From Thermodesulfobacteriota bacterium (GTDB lineage: Bacteria > Desulfobacterota > Desulfobulbia > Desulfobulbales > SURF-16): a stretch of DNA of 30,749 bases. Under the pieces are notes generated by a model. It made no database searches, was not told where the DNA came from, and worked only from the letters and a program-made list of their open reading frames with translations. The translations under genes were made by a program, and so were the position numbers. How positions within the stretch are numbered: position 1 is the stretch's first letter; every line of letters begins with the position of its first letter. Where the stretch lies: the NCBI GenBank assembly GCA_039715015.1, contig JBDLIE010000030.1:1-30749 (forward strand). The letters are read 5' to 3'. Below, in pieces: positions 18,485 to 27,289 of this stretch.

Positions 18485-19067
18485 GAAGCTTGATCATCCT
18501 CTGCTTCTTGCCGGTCTTGCGGTCATGGAATTCCACCAGAGACTCGATGACATCAATCACCTCATCCTCAGTGGCACCCCGCTTAATCCGTCTTCCCTTT
18601 TTAGGGTTGGGCCCACCTTTACCGCCCACGTAGATCTCATAGCCTTTCTTGCTGGCATGGACGCCAATATCTGTGGTCATCACCCCAGAGCAGCTCAAAG
18701 GACAGGCCGAAAGGGCGATTTTAAACTTAGGCTTGGTATTGGCACGATCCTTAAATCGTTCTAACACCTTGGCATTCAACTCCTCGATATCGACAAGACC
18801 CAGGTTGCAGTGTGGCTGACTCACACAGACCCGAGGCAGGGGAAACTTACCAGGCCCTTTGAAGTCGGCGCCTAAGGGGGCCAGGGCTTTTTTTAGTTCA
18901 TCAACTGCTGACTCCGGCACATTCATCAGACGCAGATTCTGAGCAGTGGAACAATAAATCCCCAAGTCATACTTGGCGGCAAGCTCATGGGCCTTGGCCA
19001 TGATATCAAGGGGTAACCTGCCGGCAGGCAGCAGGATAGTGACGCTTATCTTCTTTTCTTCAGTCAT
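18450..19067 (-). CDS. Small nitrite/sulfite reductase-like protein (siroheme-[4Fe-4S] domain)
   Basis: PAGRL...STAQNLRL ferredoxin-like half domain; C-x5-C (CVSQPHC), PKFKIALSAC-x3-C, DIG, YVGGKGG. Confidence 0.85.
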   Translation of the reverse strand: MTEEKKISVTILLPAGRLPLDIMAKAHELAAKYDLGIYCSTAQNLRLMNVPESAVDELKKALAPLGADFKGPGKFPLPRVCVSQPHCNLGLVDIEELNAKVLERFKDRANTKPKFKIALSACPLSCSGVMTTDIGVHASKKGYEIYVGGKGGPNPKKGRRIKRGATEDEVIDVIESLVEFHDRKTGKKQRMIKLLDDPEFPFAEV

Positions 19068-19338
19068 TATATAGAGAACTCCGATGGTGGTTAGTCTGAC
19101 ACAAGGAGGGGTATAAAGCGCCTTCTTACCAAAATTTAAACAACTGTGCAAAAGGGTATTACACCGGGCAGAGCCAGCTAGTGAATAGGTCTTAATCTTG
19201 TTTTAAATTTTTAACAGTCCTGGAAAATATCTATGGATGAAATTGTTACCACAGAGTACAAGGTGAGCTAGAATTTCATCAAACCTCTTCAAAAGAGATT
19301 CCCCCACTTTCGGTGGGGAGATATATAAGGAGTCCACC

Positions 19339-19764
19339 ATGCCTTACGCCCATAACCCATACGGTGCTGGTGACCGTGCCGTCCGTTCCATTGATCGTAA
19401 TCGGGAAAAGGAACGACGGATCATGCTCAAACTTGCTCAGAAGCATGCCGACGAACTGTCAACCAGACTTGTCCAACGCCTGCTGGACACCCATATTATT
19501 GAAACGGACAATGTAGACGCTATCCGCGAACATTTCAGCAACCTGTTTCAGAAACTGCGTGACATGGACGAATTTGATCTGCAGTTCAAAATCGCGCCCC
19601 TAAGGCAGCTTGCTGCTGATCCGAACTTCCTCACCCTCTATGTTACTCAGCACATCATTGAGGACCTTATTGAACACCCTCAAATTGAAGACATATTCGG
19701 TGATGACAAGGAGATCTTTCTCGCTGTGGATTCCATCATGGACAAGCTGAGACCACCGGAATAA
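19339..19764 (+). CDS. Hypothetical helical protein
   Basis: 141-aa ORF with strong SD AAGGAG and host-like codon use; acidic C-terminus IEDIFGDD. Confidence 0.8.
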   Translation: MPYAHNPYGAGDRAVRSIDRNREKERRIMLKLAQKHADELSTRLVQRLLDTHIIETDNVDAIREHFSNLFQKLRDMDEFDLQFKIAPLRQLAADPNFLTLYVTQHIIEDLIEHPQIEDIFGDDKEIFLAVDSIMDKLRPPE

Positions 19765-19792
19765 ATTTCTCTTTCTCGACCCAGGAAAATCC

Positions 19793-19832
19793 CAAAGGCC
19801 ACGAACACTTTTTAGTCACTTCGTGGCCTTTG
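19793..19832 (+). terminator. 13-bp perfect hairpin between the hypothetical gene and the radical SAM gene
   Basis: CAAAGGCCACGAA-N14-TTCGTGGCCTTTG; weak U-tract. Confidence 0.5.
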
Positions 19833-19875
19833 CTGTTTATCATTTCTGCCAATTCAAACGTCTTTCCCGCTTTCC

Positions 19876-21180
19876 ATGTCTGTTGCCGCAAATGACATCC
19901 ACCCGCGCCGCATGCCCCACCTTCTCTATGCCAACGGCAAGGGCGAGATCCTCGACCTGCCCGACCTTGAGATGGCTGGCAGGGCCGGGCGCTGGTTCTT
20001 CAGGCCCGAATTGACAGACATTATCCCCTTACCGGAAAACAGCGACATCTTTGTCCTGCCCAACAGGATGCCCATTGGTTTTGATCCAAAAACCGGCGAT
20101 CCCGTCCTTGTTCAGGAAAATCCAGACAATCGGCGCGATGGCATCCAGTCAGTGGCGGCCTTTATGGCCCCGGCCCACACCGCCATCTACACTGCAGCCT
20201 ATGAGAAGGACCAAACTAACCCAACCAACCTCCCTCTTTTCGCCTATACGGCTGTGGGTTGGCTTGACGGCAAATTCTGGGTCTGCGGTTTCCGCAGTGA
20301 CACGGACACGCGCCAGGAGTTTGACCAGATCTCCCAGGAGAAAATCCGCAAGAAGACCAATAAGAGCCTGCAGAAATATAAAAAGAACAGGTTAATCCAG
20401 CATCTCGGCAAATGCTCTCTGACCTATGGCTGCCCGGCTGCCAAGAACCTTTTTCTCGGCCGCTATGAGGCCCCCCTGCCCTGCTCCCCAGCCTGTAATG
20501 CCAAATGCGTGGGCTGTATCTCCCTGCAACCTTCCGGCTGCTGCCCCTCCACCCAGGAAAGGCTGAAATTTGTGCCATCCCCTCAGGAGATTGCCGAAGT
20601 AGCCCTTAACCATCTGGCCAAGGTCCCCCACGGCGTGGTGAGCTTCGGCCAGGGTTGCGAGGGCGAACCCCTGCTCCAGGCCGAAACCATTGCAAAGGCG
20701 ATCCGCCTGATCCGCAAAAAAACATCTGCCGGCACCATTAATCTCAACTCCAACTCCAGCCTGCCCGAGGCTGTTGAACGTTTGGCGGCCGCCGGCCTTG
20801 ATTCTATGCGGGTCAGTATGAATTCCGCCCGCAAGGGTTGCCACACCCTCTATTATCGCCCTGAGGGGTTTAATTTTAAGAATGTTCTGGAATCGATCCT
20901 GGCCATGAAAAAGGCGGGTAAATTTGTATCGCTTAATTATTTTATCCTGCCCGGCTTCACCGATGATCCGGATGAGTTTACTGCTTTTTGTGACCTTGTT
21001 GATCTCTATCGTCCCGATCTTATTCAACTTCGCAACCTGAACATGGACCCGGACTGGTATTTTGATGTTGTCCAGCATCCGGCCCGCCAGAAACCTATGG
21101 GTGTACAAAACTGGCTTCATGAGGTAAAAAAACGCTTTCCGGATCTCAAATTCGGTTACTTCAACCCGGCATTACGTTAA
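19876..21180 (+). CDS. Radical SAM protein of unknown function
   Basis: CNAKCVGC (Cx3Cx2C), SFGQGCEGEP (GGE-like motif), RVSMNS. Confidence 0.92.
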   Translation: MSVAANDIHPRRMPHLLYANGKGEILDLPDLEMAGRAGRWFFRPELTDIIPLPENSDIFVLPNRMPIGFDPKTGDPVLVQENPDNRRDGIQSVAAFMAPAHTAIYTAAYEKDQTNPTNLPLFAYTAVGWLDGKFWVCGFRSDTDTRQEFDQISQEKIRKKTNKSLQKYKKNRLIQHLGKCSLTYGCPAAKNLFLGRYEAPLPCSPACNAKCVGCISLQPSGCCPSTQERLKFVPSPQEIAEVALNHLAKVPHGVVSFGQGCEGEPLLQAETIAKAIRLIRKKTSAGTINLNSNSSLPEAVERLAAAGLDSMRVSMNSARKGCHTLYYRPEGFNFKNVLESILAMKKAGKFVSLNYFILPGFTDDPDEFTAFCDLVDLYRPDLIQLRNLNMDPDWYFDVVQHPARQKPMGVQNWLHEVKKRFPDLKFGYFNPALR

Positions 21181-21229
21181 TTTTTGGTCGTTAGTTAATT
21201 AAAAGACCATCCACATAAGGTTTTCGCAG

Positions 21230-22978
21230 ATGGAAAAGAGAATCATCACCCTGCAAGATTGTTTCAAGCATTACACCTATGACCAGGACAAGGTTTGTTC
21301 ACCGGAAGAAACCGTGGAACGCTTCAAGGCCCGCTTAAGGGAACAGAAGCTCGATGTCCTTAAAGAGGTAAAACGGATCGACAATGGCCGTCTGGACATT
21401 CCTGTCTATTTCAGCGTCTGCGGCAAAGACGCCCTGGAGACCATCGGCAACAAAAAACAGATGGGTAAAGGTTCCACCCCTGAGCAGTCCCGGGCCTCGG
21501 CCTGTATGGAGCTTGGCGAACGGTTCAGCTTCTTTGCCTTTATGAAGAACCCGGACAATTTCATCCATGACACCTATGCCGGGGTCAAAGCGGCGGGCCA
21601 CCCTGTCCTGCCCCTTAAGAAATGGCTGGCCTCGGTGCACGACGAGACCACAAGCGTTGAGACCCTGGAAAAGCTGATCGCAGACATCCCCATCCAATGG
21701 GTGTGGGCCAATAACCTCACCAAGGGCGAAGAGACCCTGATGCCCTTTAGCTGGTTCTATGCCATTAACGAGTTCAATGGCCCTTCTGCCGGCAATACCT
21801 ATGAGGAGGCAGTGAGCCAGGGGTTGTCCGAGATTGTCGAGCGCCATGTCTGCGCCGTGGTCAGTTACGAGAAAAAGAATACCCCCACTATTGATCTGGC
21901 CTCTGTCAAAGATCCGGTGGCCCGGGAGCTCATTGAGAAATTCACCAAGAACGGCGTCCAGATCTATCTCAATGATTTCACTTTAGATACCGGCATCCCA
22001 ACCGTGGCCGCCCTTTGTATCGACCCGGCCACTTTCCCGGAAAAGAGCGAGATTGTCTACACGGCAGGCACCACTCCTAACCCGGAGAAAGCCTTAATCC
22101 GCGCCCTTACCGAGGTGGCCCAGCTGGCCGGTGATTTCGATTCCGGTTCCAACTATGTGGCAAGCGGCCTGCCTAAGCCCCTGGCCATGGATGAGGTGCC
22201 CTATATCACCAGTCCCGGCATGTCCATCACCATCGATGAAATGGTGGACCTTGCTGATGACAACATGAAGGTGGAACTGGAAAACTGTATCGCAGCCTTA
22301 AAGCGTCTTGATCTGGATGTCTTTGTGGTTGATGTGGCCCATCCCGGCCTCAAGATCCCGGCCATCTATACCATTATCCCTGGCTGCCATTTCCGGGAGC
22401 GCTCCCGGATCAGTAATGTCGGCCTCTTTGCCGCCAAGCTGGTGAGCGAACGCATCAAAGACCCGGAGGCCTGCGCCCAGCAACTTATGCAGATGCAGGA
22501 GATCCTGCCGGACGCCTATTATCTTGAATTTTATCTGGCCCAGAACCTGATCAGCCTCGGTCTCCTTGAAGAGGCCCTGACGCATCTGGAAAGGGCCCTT
22601 ACTTTGAACCCCGAAGAAGAGGACATCCCGTATATTTACTCCTTCCTGGGCGACAGCCTTAAGGCCCTGGGCCGTTACGATGAGGCCATTGCCACCATTG
22701 ACAAAGGCAGGCAGTATGATGATGAGAGACCCGACTTCCATAATATTCTTGGAGTCTGCTATTTCAAGCTGGAACGCTACGAAGATGCCATCGAACGTTT
22801 CCACCGCGCCGTCCACCTGCACCCCTCCTCGGCCATCGACTATGCCAACCTCGGCGTTAACTACCGCAAGATAGGGAACAACGAAGAGGCGGTGAAATTC
22901 TTCGAGCTCGCCCTCTCCCTTGATTCAAGTATCGACTTTGCCGCAGCTCAACTAGCGGCTATGAAGTCAGAGGCGTAA
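21230..22978 (+). CDS. YcaO-family ATP-dependent backbone-activating enzyme with C-terminal TPR repeats
   Basis: QMGKGSTPEQSRASACMELGER, NGPSAGNTYEEAVSQGLSEIVERH, ALIRALTEVAQ; about 4 TPRs in the last ~150 aa. Confidence 0.92.
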   Translation: MEKRIITLQDCFKHYTYDQDKVCSPEETVERFKARLREQKLDVLKEVKRIDNGRLDIPVYFSVCGKDALETIGNKKQMGKGSTPEQSRASACMELGERFSFFAFMKNPDNFIHDTYAGVKAAGHPVLPLKKWLASVHDETTSVETLEKLIADIPIQWVWANNLTKGEETLMPFSWFYAINEFNGPSAGNTYEEAVSQGLSEIVERHVCAVVSYEKKNTPTIDLASVKDPVARELIEKFTKNGVQIYLNDFTLDTGIPTVAALCIDPATFPEKSEIVYTAGTTPNPEKALIRALTEVAQLAGDFDSGSNYVASGLPKPLAMDEVPYITSPGMSITIDEMVDLADDNMKVELENCIAALKRLDLDVFVVDVAHPGLKIPAIYTIIPGCHFRERSRISNVGLFAAKLVSERIKDPEACAQQLMQMQEILPDAYYLEFYLAQNLISLGLLEEALTHLERALTLNPEEEDIPYIYSFLGDSLKALGRYDEAIATIDKGRQYDDERPDFHNILGVCYFKLERYEDAIERFHRAVHLHPSSAIDYANLGVNYRKIGNNEEAVKFFELALSLDSSIDFAAAQLAAMKSEA

Positions 22979-23052
22979 AAGATAAAGCCCCTGCCTCTTT
23001 AACGCCGCCAATTCAGGGTGAAAAGGTAACAAAAAAAAGCAAGGAACGTATT

Positions 23053-23487
23053 ATGGCCACAGTTGAAGCAATATGTATCAGCCCCAAAAAGGGCATTGTC
23101 AAAAAGGCCGTTAGCGAGGCTGTCTTTGAAAAAGATTTCGGCATTGCCGATGATGCCCACGCCGGCAAATGGCACCGCCAGGTATCGCTTCTGGCTGCCG
23201 AGAGTATCGATATCGTCAAAGAGAAGCTACCAACCTTAAAGGACGGCGCCTTTGCCGAGAACATCATCACCAAGGGCCTTGATATTACCGCCATTAAGGT
23301 GGGTAACCAGCTACAGATCGGTGATGCCATTGTCCTTGAGATCACCCAGATCGGCAAAAAATGCCATAACGACGGCTGCGCCATCAAAAAGGCCACCGGC
23401 GACTGCATCATGCCCAAAGAAGGCCTCTTTGCCAAAGTGGTCGAAGGCGGCACCGCCAAGGTTGGTGATTCTATCCAGTTGAAATAA
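23053..23487 (+). CDS. MOSC domain protein
   Basis: DAHAGKWHRQVSLL, GAFAENI, LEITQIGKKCH, CIMPKEG. Confidence 0.92.
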   Translation: MATVEAICISPKKGIVKKAVSEAVFEKDFGIADDAHAGKWHRQVSLLAAESIDIVKEKLPTLKDGAFAENIITKGLDITAIKVGNQLQIGDAIVLEITQIGKKCHNDGCAIKKATGDCIMPKEGLFAKVVEGGTAKVGDSIQLK

Positions 23488-23531
23488 GCAGTTTCCATCC
23501 TTGCGCACAACAGTATCGGCTTCCATGTATC

Positions 23532-23573
23532 AGGGCCGCAGGCAGCAACAATCTGCCTGCGGCCCTTTGTTTT
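23532..23573 (+). terminator. Intrinsic terminator after the MOSC gene
   Basis: AGGGCCGCAGGCAG-N7-CTGCCTGCGGCCCT followed by TTGTTTT. Confidence 0.85.
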
Positions 23574-23645
23574 GCATAGATGTGGACGCTCAAACTCAAC
23601 GACCTTCAAGAAAACTTAATAATTTCAACACACGAAGCTCATCTG

Positions 23646-23680
23646 CTCCTTAAAAACTCCTAAGCACTTCTTAAAACTCC
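23646..23680 (+). promoter_or_regulatory. Tandem 10-11 bp direct repeats (CTCC/CTTC followed by TAA or TTAA) upstream of the porin gene
   Basis: CTCCTTAAAAA-CTCCTAAGCA-CTTCTTAAAA-CTCC. Confidence 0.5.
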
Positions 23681-23762
23681 ACCTGTAGATTACGTTTCAG
23701 AGAAAGGAGCTGGCCCAGAGCCAGTTATTCAATAACACCTGAAAGATTAAGGAGTTTAGGAG

Positions 23763-25001
23763 ATGAAAAAGTTTGTTACCTCAGCTGCACTTTGTGCAAC
23801 TACCCTCTTGGCAGTTAACACAGCATCGGCGGCAACAGCCACCGAACGTGAAATCCTCAAAAAGCTTGAATTCCTGCAGAATAAAATTGCCGCCCAACAA
23901 GAGCGTATTACCTATCTTGAAGATAAGGTTGGCAAAAATGACAAAAACGCATCTTCCGATAGCTCTGTAATCACTCTGGCCAACAAGGCCATTGACCAAT
24001 TGAAAATAAAAAGTGACCTCCGTGTTCGTTACGAAAGACGTGACCATGACGAACCTCAGGGGGAAGATGAAGGACGGGACAGATGGCGCACCCGTTTTCG
24101 CCTGGGTGGTGTCTGGAAGAACAAAGCAGAAAAATGGGAAGTGGGAGCCGGCCTGGCAACAGGCGGCTCCAGTGCCACCAGCACCAATGCTACCTGGTCA
24201 GAAAACGAATTTTTTGAAACCAGTGATATCCGTCTCGATTATGCCTACGCTAAGCATAAATGGAAAGACTTCTCAATTACTCTTGGGCAACAGAAAGACC
24301 CCTTTGCCAAAAGCTGGATCTATCTTGATAGCGATGTCCGCCCAGCAGGTCTCACTCTTCATTATGGCCAGAAACAAGGTGTGTTTATAACTGCTGGGTC
24401 TTATGCTCTGCGCTACTATAAAGCAGGTAATGACGCCAACACAGCTATGCTTTGGCACGGCCAGACTGGCTGGAAAGGTAAAGCAGGCAAAGTTTCTTAC
24501 ACGGTTGCCGGTGGTTACCAGGTCTATGATGGCGTGTTCTCTAACCATGAGGCGCCAAACCCAGATTATGATTACGAGATCGCCGATCTTTACGCCACGG
24601 CCAGCGTGCTTGCAGGCATTGCCAAACTTTCCTTTTATGGACATATCTGGACCAACCTTGGTGCTGATGGCAATGACGGCCAAGGTGTCTTAGGCAGCAC
24701 CTTGAATCCCGAAGATGAGGATATGGGCTGGATTCTTGGCATGAAAGCCAAGATGGGACCGGTCAAACTAAGCTATGCCTATGCTGTGGTTGAGGCTGAC
24801 TCTCTCTATGGGGATCTTAAAGATCAAGATTTTGGTGACGGACTCTCAGATACTGATGTCAAAGGTCATAAGCTCGGCGCCTCATACAGCTTCACCAAAA
24901 ATTTCTCAACAGGCGTAACAGCCCAATTCTACGAAGCAAACGAGCGTAGCGACGAGGAAGATGTCGATCTCTACCAGCTTGACTTTAAATATAAGTTCTA
25001 G
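23763..25001 (+). CDS. Putative outer-membrane porin with N-terminal coiled coil
   Basis: Signal peptide (ASA), coiled coil, DLRVRYE...RTRFRLG beta strands, C-terminal aromatic YKF; SD AGGAG. Confidence 0.88.
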   Translation: MKKFVTSAALCATTLLAVNTASAATATEREILKKLEFLQNKIAAQQERITYLEDKVGKNDKNASSDSSVITLANKAIDQLKIKSDLRVRYERRDHDEPQGEDEGRDRWRTRFRLGGVWKNKAEKWEVGAGLATGGSSATSTNATWSENEFFETSDIRLDYAYAKHKWKDFSITLGQQKDPFAKSWIYLDSDVRPAGLTLHYGQKQGVFITAGSYALRYYKAGNDANTAMLWHGQTGWKGKAGKVSYTVAGGYQVYDGVFSNHEAPNPDYDYEIADLYATASVLAGIAKLSFYGHIWTNLGADGNDGQGVLGSTLNPEDEDMGWILGMKAKMGPVKLSYAYAVVEADSLYGDLKDQDFGDGLSDTDVKGHKLGASYSFTKNFSTGVTAQFYEANERSDEEDVDLYQLDFKYKF

Positions 25002-25053
25002 TTTTTCAAAAGATATTCTCTCTCCTACCGGAGTTCCCCTAATTCCAGCTTTA

Positions 25054-25086
25054 AGGGGGCATGGAAAGTCCATGCCCCCTTTTTTT
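25054..25086 (+). terminator. Intrinsic terminator after the porin gene
   Basis: AGGGGGCATGGA-AAG-TCCATGCCCCCT followed by TTTTTT. Confidence 0.88.
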
Positions 25087-25106
25087 ATTATTTCGTCTAA
25101 CGCACT

Positions 25107-25295
25107 CTAAGCCGACATAGGTTCTCCAGGAGTCTGACCAATGTCAAAAACATCATGACAGGCAGGACAGATAAAAAGCCATTTCAGGACCCCATTCTCT
25201 CTCTTGAACATGGAATGAAAGCCATCCTCATAACCGCATGAGGGACAGATTTTGAATTCATCGCCCATTGCCACTTCTCTAATTTCATAATCCAT
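25107..25295 (-). CDS. Small Zn-ribbon (CPxCG) protein
   Basis: CPSCG...CPAC pairs; SD GGGGAG. Confidence 0.78.
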   Translation of the reverse strand: MDYEIREVAMGDEFKICPSCGYEDGFHSMFKRENGVLKWLFICPACHDVFDIGQTPGEPMSA

Positions 25296-25531
25296 AAATT
25301 TTCTCCCCTAAAAATGCTTAATCTGCATCAACCTTCAGGTAATGTCCATATTATCTCTGCAAACACCCACTCTCCTACTGTTTTCTTTCTGACCCAATCA
25401 GAATACAAATAAGGTCAAGATGAGTAGAACCCCCTCCCCTTATCAATTTCCCCTTTCCTCAGAGAAAAAATATCCTTCGGCTGTACATGCACACTTTCTG
25501 CCTTATAGTCTATGGCATAAGGAGAAACGAC

Positions 25532-25981
25532 ATGCCCCATTTCGGCCTCATGGATGAAAATAAGATGCAGGCAGACGAAGCCGCCCTTATGCGGGCCAAA
25601 CTTCACTTTCGTTGCGGCAAACGCAGGGTACGCGAAGGCAAACTCGCAGATGGAATTAGCACACTCTATGATGCGCTGTTATCAAGCATGCGCTGGTACG
25701 CTCTTAAGAATGAGGCCATCCACGCCGAAATACATCGACAAGGCGAGGACATCCTGGAAAATGATGTCAGGCTCCAGCAACTCATTGCTGCTTACGGGGC
25801 CTGGCCTGCTGACCTGAATTTCCAAAAGCTGCTGGCCCTGGTCAACACGGCCTTGAGCAACAACGTCCAGGATCTTGATCGTGATTTATTTATCAATCAG
25901 ATTGAAAACCTGCTGACAGGCCTTGGGGTACTCCCCTTTGATGAGGCGGCGCTGCCACCGGAAGACCCTGCCACTTTTTAG
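25532..25981 (+). CDS. Hypothetical protein
   Basis: ATG 25532 with SD AAGGAG; 149 aa, predicted helical. Confidence 0.8.
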   Translation: MPHFGLMDENKMQADEAALMRAKLHFRCGKRRVREGKLADGISTLYDALLSSMRWYALKNEAIHAEIHRQGEDILENDVRLQQLIAAYGAWPADLNFQKLLALVNTALSNNVQDLDRDLFINQIENLLTGLGVLPFDEAALPPEDPATF

Positions 25982-26073
25982 CCTTCCTGCCAGAGTCTCT
26001 TACTCCTCATTCCTGGCTGCTACGGCGACCAAGGAACAATTCACCCCTCTGTTTTTTTAAGCACAAGCAACCA

Positions 26074-26102
26074 TTGACATAAAATAAGTTAGGTCCCATG
26101 AT
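26074..26102 (+). promoter_or_regulatory. Putative sigma70 promoter of sodN
   Basis: TTGACA-17 bp-CATGAT. Confidence 0.55.
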
Positions 26103-26211
26103 AACAAAAAGGACATTTTTGTCCTTCCCTGCCATTTATGACCAGGCAGGAAATAATTTCGGCGAATAGGCCCGTAAAGCAAACTTTCATTTTTAAAAGG
26201 AGAAGAACGTC

Positions 26212-26658
26212 ATGAAAAAAAACATAGTGCCCTTTGTTCTTGGTGTTGCCGCACTCTTTTTTACAGCTACCAATGCCAGTGCCCATTGTGAAATCCCATG
26301 CGGCATTTATGATGATGGGATGCGCTTTGAAATGATCTTTGAACACATCACCACCATTGAAAAATCGATGAATCAAATCATGGCCCTGGAAAAGAAGGAG
26401 CACCATAACAGCAACCAGCTCATCCGCTGGGTGACAAATAAGGAGCAGCACGCCGACAAGCTCCAGGAAATAGTCAGTCAATACTTTCTTACCCAGAGAA
26501 TTAAACCTTCGGCCAGCAAGTACAACGACAAACTTGCTGTTCTCCACCAGATGCTGATTGCAGCCATGAAGTGCAAGCAGACGACTGACCTTGGCCATGT
26601 TAAAAAACTGCGGGAATTAAACAGCAAATTCAAGGCCCTCTACCTGGCCGGCAAATAA
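26212..26658 (+). CDS. sodN: Nickel superoxide dismutase precursor with Sec signal peptide
   Basis: Ni-hook HCEIPCGIYD immediately after the ASA cleavage motif; NQLIRWVTNKEQHA, YFLTQRIKP. Confidence 0.93.
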   Translation: MKKNIVPFVLGVAALFFTATNASAHCEIPCGIYDDGMRFEMIFEHITTIEKSMNQIMALEKKEHHNSNQLIRWVTNKEQHADKLQEIVSQYFLTQRIKPSASKYNDKLAVLHQMLIAAMKCKQTTDLGHVKKLRELNSKFKALYLAGK

Positions 26659-26679
26659 AGAGGAAATCTTCAATTACCA

Positions 26680-27273
26680 ATGTCCCTTCTTGCAGCAAGC
26701 ATCCTCCTCTTTCTGGTCATGGACCCTTTTGGCAACGCCCCGGTGTTTCTGTTGCTGCTCAAAAGGGTCCCGGCCGCCAAGCGGCAAAGAGCCATTCTCC
26801 GCGAGCTCTTTATCGCCCTGTCCGTGCTCATCTTTTTCCTCCTCACCGGCCCCTTGCTTCTCCAGGCTCTCCATATCTCCGAGCCATCGTTGCGCATTGC
26901 CGGCGGTATTATCCTCTTTTTGATTGCCCTGCGGATGGTCTTTGACAGCGGATCGATTTTCCCGTCCGAATCACCTGAGGAGGAGCCCTTTATCGTGCCC
27001 ATGGCAATCCCGCTCCTGGCAGGGCCATCTGCCATTGCCGTGGTCATGCTTCTCACCGGGCAAGAACCAGGCCGATGGCTGGAGTGGCTCGGCTCCTTAC
27101 TCTTGGCATGGGGGGCAACCAGCGTTATCCTTTTCTTTTCAGCCAAGCTTGACCGCTTCATCGGCCCCAAGGGCATGAAGGCCCTCCAACATCTTATGGG
27201 CCTCATTCTCACCGCTCTGGCGGTTGAGATGTTTATGCAGGGTCTTCTCAGCATTCTTAACCTTCAGCCATAA
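26680..27273 (+). CDS. MarC-family inner membrane protein
   Basis: VMDPFGNAPVF, IAGGIILFLIA, IVPMAIPLLAGPSAI. Confidence 0.92.
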   Translation: MSLLAASILLFLVMDPFGNAPVFLLLLKRVPAAKRQRAILRELFIALSVLIFFLLTGPLLLQALHISEPSLRIAGGIILFLIALRMVFDSGSIFPSESPEEEPFIVPMAIPLLAGPSAIAVVMLLTGQEPGRWLEWLGSLLLAWGATSVILFFSAKLDRFIGPKGMKALQHLMGLILTALAVEMFMQGLLSILNLQP

Positions 27274-27289
27274 AGGCCATCAATCCCAA

